64,000 bases of DNA from positions 1,070 through 65,069 of the forward strand of contig CAZUIT010000012.1 of the NCBI GenBank assembly GCA_964620355.1, written 5' to 3'. Both the position numbers and the translations under genes were made by a program. The notes under the pieces are model-generated. The model did not search any database, had not been told where the DNA came from, and saw only the letters and a program-made list of their open reading frames with translations. The stretch is from an uncultured Burkholderiales bacterium. Lineage in GTDB: Bacteria; Bacteroidota; Bacteroidia; UBA8524. Positions within the stretch are counted from its first letter, which is position 1. Each line of letters opens with the position of its first letter. Below are positions 51,238 to 61,083 of this stretch, piece by piece.

Positions 51238-51311
51238 TTTTTAAGCTAATGCATGGTTTTTCTAAAATATTCGGGATATTGCTTAGGAAATAAATCAGAA
51301 ATTACGACACG

Positions 51312-52385
51312 ATGAAAAAAATCTTTGTTCTCTTCTTTTTCGCTTTGAGTCTTACATCCTATGGACAGTCGGACAAAGAAAAGGCCCATGATTTGGGAAT
51401 GAAAGCTATCCAGGAAATGGAAAGCGGCAATATAAAAGAAGCAATAAGCTTGCTGAAGAAGGCGAAAAAGCTGGACCCAAAGAATGTCGATTATCCCTAT
51501 GAGATTGCCTATGCTCATTACCTAGATCAGGATTATAAAAAGGCAATCAAGGTACTTAATGGTCTATTGGATTATGAGACGGTAACCGATCGTGTGTATC
51601 AAATGTTGGGCAATTGTTATGATATAGAAGGAGATCCTGACTTGGCCATTGAGACGTACGAAAAGGGAATTAAATTATTCCCGAATTCAGGTCCGCTTTA
51701 TTTGGAAAGAGGCAATATGCACTTGCACAAGGAGGAATACAATAAGGCGCTAAACTATTATGAAACGGGCATTGAGAAAGATCCTCGTTTTCCTTCAAAC
51801 TATTATTGGTCAGCTAAAATTTACATGGCGTCTACTGAAAAATTATGGGGCGTTATATACGGGGAGATCTTCATGAACTTAGAGCGCAGTAGCAAAAGAA
51901 CGTCTGAAATCAGCGAGCTGCTCTATCAGACCTATAAGAATCAAATCACCATCACTTCAGATACCTCTACATCAATCAGCTTCTGCCAACAAATGACAAT
52001 GACCCTGGAGGACCTGACCAACCCTGACGGATTTAAGCTGCCTTTCTGTATGGTATACGAACCTACTTTAATTTTATCCGTCATCGATGTCAAAAAAATC
52101 AACCCGACTACCTTAACCGGCATTCGAAGTAAATTTATCGACAACTATTATAGCTCTGAGCACAATAAAAAATACCCCAATATGCTTTTCGACTACCAAA
52201 AGAAGATTCTTGAAGCGGGTCATTTTGAAGCGTATAATCATTGGATTATGATGAAAGGAGATCCGGAAGACTATGATGCATGGCTCGACAATAACCAAGA
52301 TAAAATGGACCGTTTTGTTGATTGGTTTATGGAAAACCCAATACCCGTTTCCAAGACCAACCATTTTTTCCGCAATCAGTATTAA
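51312..52385 (+). CDS. Secreted tetratricopeptide repeat protein
   Basis: Signal peptide; TPR units such as AIETYEKGIKLFP and ALNYYETGIEKDP. Confidence 0.85.
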   Translation: MKKIFVLFFFALSLTSYGQSDKEKAHDLGMKAIQEMESGNIKEAISLLKKAKKLDPKNVDYPYEIAYAHYLDQDYKKAIKVLNGLLDYETVTDRVYQMLGNCYDIEGDPDLAIETYEKGIKLFPNSGPLYLERGNMHLHKEEYNKALNYYETGIEKDPRFPSNYYWSAKIYMASTEKLWGVIYGEIFMNLERSSKRTSEISELLYQTYKNQITITSDTSTSISFCQQMTMTLEDLTNPDGFKLPFCMVYEPTLILSVIDVKKINPTTLTGIRSKFIDNYYSSEHNKKYPNMLFDYQKKILEAGHFEAYNHWIMMKGDPEDYDAWLDNNQDKMDRFVDWFMENPIPVSKTNHFFRNQY

Positions 52386-52413
52386 TACGATACTTGCCAG
52401 TTAAAAGCCATTA

Positions 52414-53613
52414 TTGTGTGTTTTGAAAAGCATTGAACTCAAATCCAAGCGAATTGAATCCATCGACCTGCTGCGTGGCATTATCATGGTGATAATGGCG
52501 CTCGATCATGTGCGGGATTATTTTCACTATGGAAGTATTGTCGGAGATCCGAGCAATTTGGAAACAACCACCCCCATACTTTTCTTCACGCGTTTTATTA
52601 CGCATTATTGTGCGCCGATCTTTGTCTTTCTGGCTGGGACTTCGGCCTATTTATATGGACGTAAGAAGTCGAAAGGGGAGTTGTTTAAATTCCTCTTCAC
52701 TCGCGGACTTTGGTTGATTTTCTTAGAATTTACCCTCAATAACCTCATCTGGACTTTCGATATTACCTACAGTTTTCAAGTGGTACAGGTTATTTGGGCC
52801 ATTGGGGTGAGTATGCTTTGCTTGTCGCTGTTTATCTATCTCCCAAAGCATCTCATACTAGGCCTTGGACTAATTCTCGTTGCAGGACATAATCTACTTG
52901 ACTCCATCGTGGCAGAAGGCGAAAGTGTTTCATCGCTGATATGGTATGCCTTGCATCAGAAGCATTTCTTGTTGCTGAGTGAAAACCACCTTTTTGCATT
53001 TATGTATCCCCTTGTTCCATGGATGGGCGTGATGGCCTTGGGCTATTGTTTCGGACAGCTTTATTCCAAGGGCTTCAACGAACAGCGCCGCAAGAAAATA
53101 TTGTATGGATTAGGAATTGGGAGTCTTGCTCTCTTTATCATTCTGAGAGGATTCAATTTGTATGGTGACCCAATGCCATGGTCAGAACAAGACAGCATGA
53201 CAAAGACAATTCTCTCTTTTTTCAGTATAACAAAATACCCTCCATCCTTGATTTTTCTGTGCATCACCCTTGGTCCGGCTTTTCTGTTTCTGGCCGTTTT
53301 TGAAAATGCAAAGAACAAACTCAGCGACTTTTTTCTCGTTTATGGAAGAGTACCCTTTTTCTATTATTTCCTACACATGATTTTCATCCACGGTTTTGCC
53401 ATGCTTGCCCTTGTGCTGAGCGGTGGAAATTGGCGGCATATGATCATGAGCGCTGAAAATGTAATGAGCGACAATCTGGCTACCTACGGCTATTCATTAC
53501 CGGTAGTTTATTTGGTCTGGCTAGGAGTCGTGCTTTTACTGTATCCTTTTTGTAATCGCTATATGAAGTATAAGGCCGCGAACAAGGATAAAAAGTGGTT
53601 AAGTTATTTGTGA
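52414..53613 (+). CDS. DUF1624/HGSNAT-like membrane acyltransferase (start uncertain)
   Basis: RIESIDLLRG..MVIMALDH, THYCAP.FVFLAG and KYPPSL motifs. Confidence 0.88.
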   Translation: MCVLKSIELKSKRIESIDLLRGIIMVIMALDHVRDYFHYGSIVGDPSNLETTTPILFFTRFITHYCAPIFVFLAGTSAYLYGRKKSKGELFKFLFTRGLWLIFLEFTLNNLIWTFDITYSFQVVQVIWAIGVSMLCLSLFIYLPKHLILGLGLILVAGHNLLDSIVAEGESVSSLIWYALHQKHFLLLSENHLFAFMYPLVPWMGVMALGYCFGQLYSKGFNEQRRKKILYGLGIGSLALFIILRGFNLYGDPMPWSEQDSMTKTILSFFSITKYPPSLIFLCITLGPAFLFLAVFENAKNKLSDFFLVYGRVPFFYYFLHMIFIHGFAMLALVLSGGNWRHMIMSAENVMSDNLATYGYSLPVVYLVWLGVVLLLYPFCNRYMKYKAANKDKKWLSYL

Positions 53614-53746
53614 AAATAGTCGGTGGTCGATTGATAATGACTAAAAAACATGCAACCTATTAGGCATGCTATGCATTTAAAGAAGGAGAATTTGCAAGGG
53701 CTACATGTCATAGACTCTACTGCACCCCTTGCTACAAGGAATTAGC

Positions 53747-54628
53747 ATGAAATTAAAACTGGCATTACTTGTCGCCCTTCTTTTGATTTTTAGAACAAAT
53801 GGGAATGCGCAAAACTATCAAAGTCAACAAAGTCAATTACTCGTTTATAATGTCGGTTTAAACGCACTGATTGGAGGAATCGGTGGCGTAATCAATAAAA
53901 AGGAGGGTGAAAAATGGCATCAAGCTTTTTTTAAAAACTGTGCCTTTGGTGGACTCGGAGGCCTTGTTAAATACCACTCAAAGTACCTGAATTATCAGAC
54001 CTCGAAAGAGAAGAATTTCGGTTTAAATTATTTGAATCGTGCTTACTATTATTTGGGCCATTCCATCACGAATAATGCCTCCTTAAATCGGGGAATATGC
54101 TCGAATTATTCCTTTCAGTTATACCTGTTTAACGTGGATGTCAATTTTACAGACAAAATTAAAATTAAGCCCAAAATCTCTCTGACTACCTTCTTTTTTA
54201 CGAACTTCTATCTTATAAATGGGTATAAAATTAATTTGAATAAAAGCCTGAAATATGGCGTCATTTATTACGATAGGGGGCATACGCTAGAAAAGCAAAT
54301 AGCCTTTGGGTCGGCCAATACCATAGCGGCAATAGATGGGTTTGAGAAAAAATACCCTGAACCCTCCATTGTTATCCCACATGAAATGACACATACCTAT
54401 CAATTTGCTGATTATTATGCCCTCAATTATTTTTTTGAACCACTTCATTCCAGGATGAGAAAAAACAAAACGATGAAAGTCTTGGATCGTTTCATTTGTT
54501 GGGATCTACCTTTTTTCTTCCTGTCTTACCATACCCAAAACATGCTTAAGCCCGATCCAGTGCACTACAATAATTTTTACGAATTCGAAGCACAGGCCAT
54601 GGCCACACGACGTTATGTTCCTCGTTGA
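53747..54628 (+). CDS. Secreted hypothetical protein with HExxH motif
   Basis: Signal peptide; IPHEMTHTYQ and a downstream FYEFEA. Confidence 0.7.
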   Translation: MKLKLALLVALLLIFRTNGNAQNYQSQQSQLLVYNVGLNALIGGIGGVINKKEGEKWHQAFFKNCAFGGLGGLVKYHSKYLNYQTSKEKNFGLNYLNRAYYYLGHSITNNASLNRGICSNYSFQLYLFNVDVNFTDKIKIKPKISLTTFFFTNFYLINGYKINLNKSLKYGVIYYDRGHTLEKQIAFGSANTIAAIDGFEKKYPEPSIVIPHEMTHTYQFADYYALNYFFEPLHSRMRKNKTMKVLDRFICWDLPFFFLSYHTQNMLKPDPVHYNNFYEFEAQAMATRRYVPR

Positions 54629-54905
54629 CTCATGGTCCAAGCATAATTGTCCTCGGTCTCAGCCTCCCGAACTTTCTTCACGCATAGGGACTCAATATCT
54701 TTAAACCTCTCAAAAACAATCCGTGATTCTGACTAGCGGCATATTCTCTCGTTCTCCTCACTCCGCTTTCGCACTGTAATTGTCGCCGCTTATCATCTGC
54801 ATCGCGGACTAGACGGAAAAAAAACGTCAATCGCTCCTAGTCTAAATCAATAGACCTGACAAAAGCTTAAAGAATGAACAAAAACGAATTAAATTGATGG
54901 ATGAT

Positions 54906-55040
54906 ATGGAAAATTATTTAGATGGATTTATTCTTCCGATTCCAAGGATTCACCTGAACGAATACAAGCGGCGCGTGGCTGATAGATGATTTTAAATTGG
55001 AAGGCACACGTTCTTTTATTGACGTATTGGGTTTCAAGCG
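54906..55040 (+). pseudogene. DUF1428 (YbaA-like) gene remnant
   Basis: MENYLDGFILPIPRIHLNEYK, then DDFKLEGTRSFIDVL in a shifted frame; middle and C-terminus missing. Confidence 0.65.
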
Positions 55041-55108
55041 TTTGTTCAATCAAGCAATAGGCCTACTGAATAGGCGACACCATTTTTTTTTAACACATTG
55101 TTATATAA

Positions 55109-55130
55109 TTAGGAATCCTTACTATATTTG
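55109..55130 (+). promoter_or_regulatory. Palindromic operator plus -7 promoter element
   Basis: TTAGGAATCCTTA followed by TATATTTG; repeated as TTAGGATTCCTA-CCTTTG at 55425-55443. Confidence 0.65.
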
Positions 55131-55172
55131 TCACGGCAATAGGGCCAAAGAACTATTTAAATTTATTTAACC

Positions 55173-55406
55173 ATGACAAAATCAATTTTCTATCACGCTG
55201 GATGCCCAGTATGTATTAGTGCGGAACACAACATTATAAACCTGATTGGTGCCGAAAATGTAGAAGTCGTTCATATCGGCGAAGACCGAAATCGAATTGC
55301 AGAAGCGGAAAATGCAGGAGTAAAATCTGTCCCGGCATTACTTACTCCAGAAGGAAATGTGCTACATATCAATTTTGGTGCTTCAATGGCGGATGTAAAA
55401 GGCTAA
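55173..55406 (+). CDS. Small thioredoxin/glutaredoxin-like protein
   Basis: FYHAGCPVC and GVKSVPAL motifs. Confidence 0.88.
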   Translation: MTKSIFYHAGCPVCISAEHNIINLIGAENVEVVHIGEDRNRIAEAENAGVKSVPALLTPEGNVLHINFGASMADVKG

Positions 55407-55440
55407 AAAAATTTCACCTTCCTGGTTAGGATTCCTACCT

Positions 55441-55476
55441 TTGTGGGGCTGCTTTGTATTGAAAGTAGCCCCACAA
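55441..55476 (+). terminator. Hairpin / probable terminator
   Basis: TTGTGGGGCTGCTTT...AAAGTAGCCCCACAA. Confidence 0.6.
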
Positions 55477-55617
55477 TTTGGATTGAATTAGCTCTTCGCT
55501 CGGGTCGAATAGTGTTGCTTGAAACGGATAATTATAGAATAAGTCAATACCAAAAAAATCGCTAAGTGTATGAATCGGGAAAAAAGCTTGGGTTTATGTG
55601 GCGTTAATTTAGAGAAT

Positions 55618-56223
55618 ATGAAACAAGCATCTTTTAGCTTAAGCGGGCAAAATCAAAAAGTAGAAAGCCGAATTGTTGTGGCTTTGGAGCGAATTTCGGA
55701 AGCATTTAGAGTATTGCTCTGGAATGAAAGTAAAGAAAATGCCTTAAGTCCAATACAAATTCAAATCTTGATTTTTGTTCATTTTCATTCCTCAGAAAAA
55801 TGCAAAGTTGGTTATCTCGCCGACGAGTTTAATATGACCAAAGCCACCATTAGCGACAGTGTGAAGGTTTTGCTCCATAAAAATTTAGTGGCAAAGGAAA
55901 CAGACGAAACAGACACCAGGAGCTATTCACTTTCACTTACTCCAGAAGGTGAAAAAATTGTTAAAAAAGCATCCTTTTTCGCTTCTTCCATTGAACAACC
56001 CCTCGAAAAACTGAGCGACGAGCAAAAATCAACTATGCTCAATGGCTTGCTAAAATTGATATATGACTTGAACCAATCAGGCATCATCACAATTCAACGT
56101 ATGTGTTTTACTTGTTCAAACTACAAACTTGACAATGGCATTCACCACTGCAAACTCCTAAAGTGCGATCTTGCTGAGAACGAATTAAGAGTTGATTGTC
56201 CAGAACACGAAAGCACCTTTTGA
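55618..56223 (+). CDS. MarR family regulator with Cys-rich C-terminus
   Basis: LSPIQIQIL, TKATISDSV, D.RSY.L.LT..G; tail CFTC...HCKLL...DCPEH. Confidence 0.9.
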   Translation: MKQASFSLSGQNQKVESRIVVALERISEAFRVLLWNESKENALSPIQIQILIFVHFHSSEKCKVGYLADEFNMTKATISDSVKVLLHKNLVAKETDETDTRSYSLSLTPEGEKIVKKASFFASSIEQPLEKLSDEQKSTMLNGLLKLIYDLNQSGIITIQRMCFTCSNYKLDNGIHHCKLLKCDLAENELRVDCPEHESTF

Positions 56224-56310
56224 TCGTCTCCGCCTATGGTCTGCATCCCGGATTAGACGGCTTTAAGGATTTCACGGATTTTGTTTGAAAGAGATACCAC
56301 CAACGCAAAC

Positions 56311-56574
56311 TTTTTTTGCTGTGGTCTGTGGTCCGTCGACCGTGGACTTTGCTAGTAGCCTTTTCCCTCCGCTCCACTAGCGTTCCGTTCGGGATGACGG
56401 CTGGCTAATAACTCAACATTCTTTTTTGCCGTGGTCGGAGGTCCGTCGACCGTGGACTTTGCTAGTAGCCTTTTCCCTCCGCTCCACTAGCGTTCCGTTC
56501 GGGATGACGGCTGGCTAAAAACTCAACATTCTTTTTTTGCCGTGGTCGGTGGTCCGTCGACCGTGGACTTTTTT
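56311..56574. repeat. About 2.4 tandem copies of a 110-bp mosaic (heptamer palindrome plus REP)
   Basis: gctagtagccttttccctccgctccactagcgttccgttcgggatgacggctggctaa is identical at 56351 and 56461. Confidence 0.9.
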
Positions 56575-56680
56575 GGCATTTAGCTGGTGGCCTAGACTAG
56601 CTTCACAAAAAATGTAATACCTTGAACTCTCTATAATATAAGGAAAATTGCTTGGAAGGAATAAACCCGCTAGCCTCAGC

Positions 56681-57535
56681 ATGATGAGAGTATCAAAATA
56701 CCTACTCGTTGTTTTTGTTTTAGCCAGCTTTTTGCTCTTCGCTTCTTGCGGTGCCACGCAGCGCAAGGTGGAAGAGCAGGAAAATGTGGCATTAGAAAAT
56801 TTAGAAGGCTACTGGATTTAGACCAATTATGTGGACGAGATTCTGAAAACAAAATCCATTGAAGCGCATATCTATAAACGGCTGACGTGGGATGCCATCA
56901 TCCTTAGAATACAAGGGGATAGTGTCGTTACTCATGGACTGATAATGGGGAATACGTTTCGGCTTTCTAATAATACAGACAGTTTAACGACCATTAAAGG
57001 CTTGCAAGCTTACCAACTCAGTTACGATAAGGCTCTCCAACTAATCAGGGCCAAAGAGACCCATGTAGAGGTAGGCAAAGAAGATACCCTTGTTTATTCC
57101 TTCAGACGGGTGCAGCCCAATGAGCAACGATTGATTGAAGGCATTGATGGCAAGAGGTTCTTTGAAAACCTCGAATCGAATTTTTACTCCTTTTTTATCG
57201 ATAGCCTCATTAGCGGAACCTACGAACCTTTGACAAAATCCACCGAAATAGGCACACTCGTTCTTGGGAAAGCCCACTACACTTCGGGTTTCAAAAACTA
57301 TACGAAGTATGCGATTCACGATTATTTTGGAACGCTTCATCCATTTAGGGGCTATGACGCGATCATTTTTGAAGACACAAGTATTGTATTGCCGTTCAAC
57401 GCCCCGCCAACAAACGAGGTGTATTATAATTGGAGATTTAACGGAGATACCCTCGTACTTACCGAATTGCTGACCGAAACCTTTGAGAGCTATTTCCTCG
57501 GGACAAAAACCTTCAAACTCTTGCGGATAAAATAA
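56681..57535 (+). pseudogene. Hypothetical lipoprotein with an in-frame TAG at codon 47
   Basis: MMRVSKYLLVVFVLASFLLFASC...LEGYWI*TNYVDEILKTKS; stop at 56819-56821, in frame with ORF 56831-57535. Confidence 0.78.
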
Positions 57536-57640
57536 TAGTGCGCTTAAAAACCATGGCGATTTACCTTAAACGCGATTTTTGTTTTAAAAACCAGCGCGGG
57601 GAATGTTGGGTGCACGTGAAGTAGCCTACATTTTCATTTG

Positions 57641-57664
57641 TAAATTTGTATCCAAGTGATTACA
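57641..57664 (+). promoter_or_regulatory. Promoter and putative TA operator
   Basis: TAAATTTG -7 element overlapping the imperfect palindrome TGTATC-caagt-GATTACA. Confidence 0.5.
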
Positions 57665-57665
57665 T

Positions 57666-57971
57666 TTGAAGGTGTTTCTAATTGAGAAAACAGACGAGTT
57701 TGATAAGTGGTTTCGAAAACTAAAGGACATTAAAGCCAAAGCAAAAATCTTATTGCGACTTCAACGAGCAGAAGCTGGAAATTTAGGGGATAGTGCATCC
57801 GTTGGAGAGGGTATTGAAGAAATCAGAATTCATTTTGGCCCAGGCTACAGAATCTATTTCAAAAGACATCAAACTCAACTAATTCTTTTGCTGATAGGTG
57901 GAGATAAAAGCACTCAGGAAGAAGACATAAAAAAGGCAAGAAAACTTTGGGATAAATATAGGACAACATGA
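57666..57971 (+). CDS. RelE/ParE-family addiction module toxin (HI1419-like)
   Basis: GNLGD..SVGEGIEEIRIHFGPGYRIYF and LLIGGDKSTQ motifs. Confidence 0.93.
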   Translation: MKVFLIEKTDEFDKWFRKLKDIKAKAKILLRLQRAEAGNLGDSASVGEGIEEIRIHFGPGYRIYFKRHQTQLILLLIGGDKSTQEEDIKKARKLWDKYRTT

Positions 57972-58249
57972 AAGTTTCAAAATTTGACATAGCTGAATAC
58001 CTTGACAATGAAGAAATGGTTCAAGAATATCTCAACCAAGTTCTTGAAGAAGGAAATTCAAATGAAATCGTAGCAGCACTTGGTCATGTAGCGAAAGCAA
58101 TCGGCATGTCCAAAATAGCGGAACAAACGGGATTGAGTAGACCAAGTTTATACAAAGCACTTTCAGAAAACGCCAAACCGCAATTTGATACTATTCTCAA
58201 AGTCTTAAGAGCAGTAGGTGAACACTTTCATTTGAAACCAAGTTTGTAG
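57968..58249 (+). CDS. Addiction module antidote, HTH (HI1420-like)
   Basis: FDIAEYLD, GMSKIAEQTGLSRPSLYKALS...PQFDTILKV; ATGA overlap. Confidence 0.93.
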   Translation: MKVSKFDIAEYLDNEEMVQEYLNQVLEEGNSNEIVAALGHVAKAIGMSKIAEQTGLSRPSLYKALSENAKPQFDTILKVLRAVGEHFHLKPSL

Positions 58250-58454
58250 TCACGCACCCCCCACACCTTGCTAGCCTATGCTAAGTTTCGTTTTCAAAGT
58301 GCCGTGAAATTCTTAAATTGATCTCGCATAATAGCGGGACCCTTTTCAAACTTGCACGCTTACTCCGAAATCACTGGCATGGTCAGACCGAAATAGCCCT
58401 AAGTGAGGGGATTTGATTGAGGATATAATCCCGATATACCCAGTATTAGAATAA

Positions 58455-59093
58455 ATGAAAATACTTTTAGCGGTACTGACAATTACACTATTTTCAAGTT
58501 GTTTAGAGAGATCTTCGCCAAACAAGAAGGCCGACCTTGAAACGATACAAGACACGACAGATATGGAACCATCTATCTTTTTTCATGAGGACGACTACTG
58601 TCAGGTTCAATTGTCGCTTAAAGAGAACCTAACGCAGCTTCAAAAAGAAGCAGAAGAAATTTTGGGCTTTGCAAAAGAACATTTTGATGGTTCAGGCTTC
58701 ACTGACATTAAGGTAAGAGAAGAAGAAACGCATAAACTTGTGCTCAGACAAATCAAGAAGGATGACATAGAAGCCATAATAATTCATGCGGGTTTCGATA
58801 AAATCCCAAAAGTTTTTACTGGCTATGGACAGACTTATAAAGAGGAATTGGAGAACACTCATGCTTATGGCAAAAATGGTTGTGCAATCTTTTTTGACCA
58901 CAAAGACACTATTGTTGAGCATATTTGGCTTGAATATCATTGGGGAAATGAAGTTAGCGACAAAGACAAGTTTGCTATTTGTCTTAGAGACCTAGGAAAG
59001 AAATGGAACTTGCTTCTTATGGATTGGAATCAGTTAAAACTTGTTGAATTGACAGACAGTTTGGCAACTCAAAAATATTTGAATGAAAGATAG
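58455..59093 (+). CDS. Hypothetical lipoprotein
   Basis: Lipobox FSSC; FFHEDDYCQV motif. Confidence 0.78.
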   Translation: MKILLAVLTITLFSSCLERSSPNKKADLETIQDTTDMEPSIFFHEDDYCQVQLSLKENLTQLQKEAEEILGFAKEHFDGSGFTDIKVREEETHKLVLRQIKKDDIEAIIIHAGFDKIPKVFTGYGQTYKEELENTHAYGKNGCAIFFDHKDTIVEHIWLEYHWGNEVSDKDKFAICLRDLGKKWNLLLMDWNQLKLVELTDSLATQKYLNER

Positions 59094-59102
59094 AAAAAAC
59101 AC

Positions 59103-59220
59103 TGGGCATAACGGCACATCTGCAAAATGCGGGTTTTCGTTCTCCTCAGACAGTTTAATTCTCCGCCTAAACTTATGTAGTGAAAAGCCCGCCCATCGTA
59201 AGTATTTAAAATTATCGTCC
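59103..59220. other. Degenerate attC-like cassette-boundary hairpin
   Basis: GGGCATAAC about 10 nt after the stop; inner stem GCGGGTTTTC/GAAAAGCCCGC with one extra base; decayed ATTATCGTCC end before the next ATG. Confidence 0.5.
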
Positions 59221-59236
59221 ACCCAAATAAACCCCC

Positions 59237-60505
59237 ATGAACGAAATAATATGCCCCCATTGTAAAAAAGCCTTTAAAGTAGATGAGGCCGGTTTTGCGG
59301 ATATCCTCAAGCAGGTGAGGGATCATCAGTTTGAAGAAGAACTGCAGAATCGTTTGAACCTGGCGGAGAAGGAAAAGGAGTCTGCGGTGAAGCTGGCGGA
59401 GGCCAATCTGAAAAATGCCTTGCAGGAAGACTTGGCCAAGAAGGAAAGGGAAATTACCGAGCTGAGAAGTAAAAATGAACGGGTGCTGGCGGAGCAAATG
59501 GGGAAGAAGGAGGCCGAGATTGCTGCCATGAAGGCGAAATTGGAAAAAGCAGAGATTGAGACCAAATTGTCGGTCTCCGAAGCCGTCCATAAAATAGAAA
59601 AGGAGCGGGATGAGCTGGCCAATAACCTCAGAAGCAAGGAAACGGAAAAGCAGCTTCTTGAAAAGTCATTGAGCGAGAAATACTCCTCGGAGCTCAAAAC
59701 CAAAGACGATATCATCAAATTAAAGGATGAAGAAATTGCCCTGCGCAAAGACATGAAGCTCAAGCTGTCTACCAAGATGATAGGCGAAACCCTGGAGCAG
59801 CATTGTGAGACCGAGTTCAATAAACTACGCGCCACGGGTTTCCAAAAGGCTTATTTCGAAAAGGACAATGATTCTCGGTCGGGAAGCAAGGGTGATTATA
59901 TCTATCGAGAAGTAGACGATGCCGGGAATGAGGTGATCTCCATCATGTTTGAAATGAAAAATGAGGGAGATGAAACCGCCACTAAAAAGAGGAATGAGGA
60001 TTTTCTAAAAGAACTCGACAAAGACCGCACAGAAAAAAAATGCGAATATGCCGTGCTGGTATCCCTGCTCGAGGTAGAAAACGAACTCTATAACTCAGGG
60101 ATCGTGGACATGTCGCATAAGTACCCCAAGATGTACGTGGTTCGTCCGCAGTTCTTTATACCCATCATCACCTTACTCCGCAATGCCGCGTTGAATTCCA
60201 TGCACTATAAAGCCGAACTGGCCTTAATGAGAAACCAGAACATCGACATCACCAATTTCGAAGAGAACATCAATAGCTTCAAGGAAGGTTTTGCCAGAAA
60301 CTACGACCTCGCCAGCCGCAAATTCATGACCGCCATCGACGAGATTGATAAAACCATCACCCACCTCGAAAAAACCAAAGCAGCACTCTTGTCCTCCGAA
60401 AACAACCTCCGCCTAGCCAATAACAAAGCAGAGGACCTAACGATAAAGAAATTAACCAAGGGCAATCCGACGATGACCGCCAAGTTTGATGATCTTTCCA
60501 AGTAA
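59237..60505 (+). CDS. DUF2130 family coiled-coil protein
   Basis: [29 protein letters not shown] and [10 protein letters not shown] motifs. Confidence 0.9.
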   Translation: MNEIICPHCKKAFKVDEAGFADILKQVRDHQFEEELQNRLNLAEKEKESAVKLAEANLKNALQEDLAKKEREITELRSKNERVLAEQMGKKEAEIAAMKAKLEKAEIETKLSVSEAVHKIEKERDELANNLRSKETEKQLLEKSLSEKYSSELKTKDDIIKLKDEEIALRKDMKLKLSTKMIGETLEQHCETEFNKLRATGFQKAYFEKDNDSRSGSKGDYIYREVDDAGNEVISIMFEMKNEGDETATKKRNEDFLKELDKDRTEKKCEYAVLVSLLEVENELYNSGIVDMSHKYPKMYVVRPQFFIPIITLLRNAALNSMHYKAELALMRNQNIDITNFEENINSFKEGFARNYDLASRKFMTAIDEIDKTITHLEKTKAALLSSENNLRLANNKAEDLTIKKLTKGNPTMTAKFDDLSK

Positions 60506-60518
60506 AGGGCACGGCTCA

Positions 60519-61022
60519 TTTTGACGCGGAGGCGCTGAGGCGCAAAACTATTGATGTCGCGAGAGTAAATGCGCAATGTGTTTGTCGTAGTTTAGGATTT
60601 AGACTTGGCTTATGATAGCGTCGCGGAGCATATTGACGCGGAGGCGTGGAGGCGCAAAAAATTTACTGTCGCGAGAGTAAATGCGCAATGTGTTTGTCGT
60701 TGCTTAGGATTTAGACTTGGCTTATGATAGCGTCGCGGAGCATTTTGACGCGGAGGCTCCACCTTCGCATACGCTATGGCGGACGGGGACGGAGGCGCAT
60801 AGGGTGTTGCTTTCGCCAGAATAAAAGGCGCAATGTGTTTGTCGTTGATTAGGATAGCGTCGCGGAGTAAAAAAAGGACGCGGAGCCGCTGAGGCGCAAA
60901 ATAATTGCTGTCGCGAGAGTAAAGGCCCTCCTTCGCCGAAAAGGCCCACACCTTCGCATACGCTTCGGCGCACGCGGTCGGCGGACGGGGACGGAGGCGC
61001 AAAGGCGCGGAGGGTGTTGCAT
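60519..61022. repeat. Degenerate tandem array (112-bp period) with embedded REP-like elements
   Basis: tgtcgcgagagtaaatgcgcaatgtgtttgtcgt at 60555 and 60667; gacgcggag.cg..gaggcgcaaaa recurs; REP inserts at 60758 and 60927. Confidence 0.88.
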
Positions 61023-61083
61023 TGCTTAAATTTTGACTTTAATTAACGGCAGAACTATTTTAATATTGAAACGATTCAAGACA

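Noticed and set aside
56311-56574. Possible mini-CRISPR
   Set aside because: The intervening sequences are identical, so this is a tandem duplication.
60519-61022. Possible CRISPR array, and ORFs 60610-61002 and 60722-60973
   Set aside because: No unique spacers; the ORFs are repeat translations.
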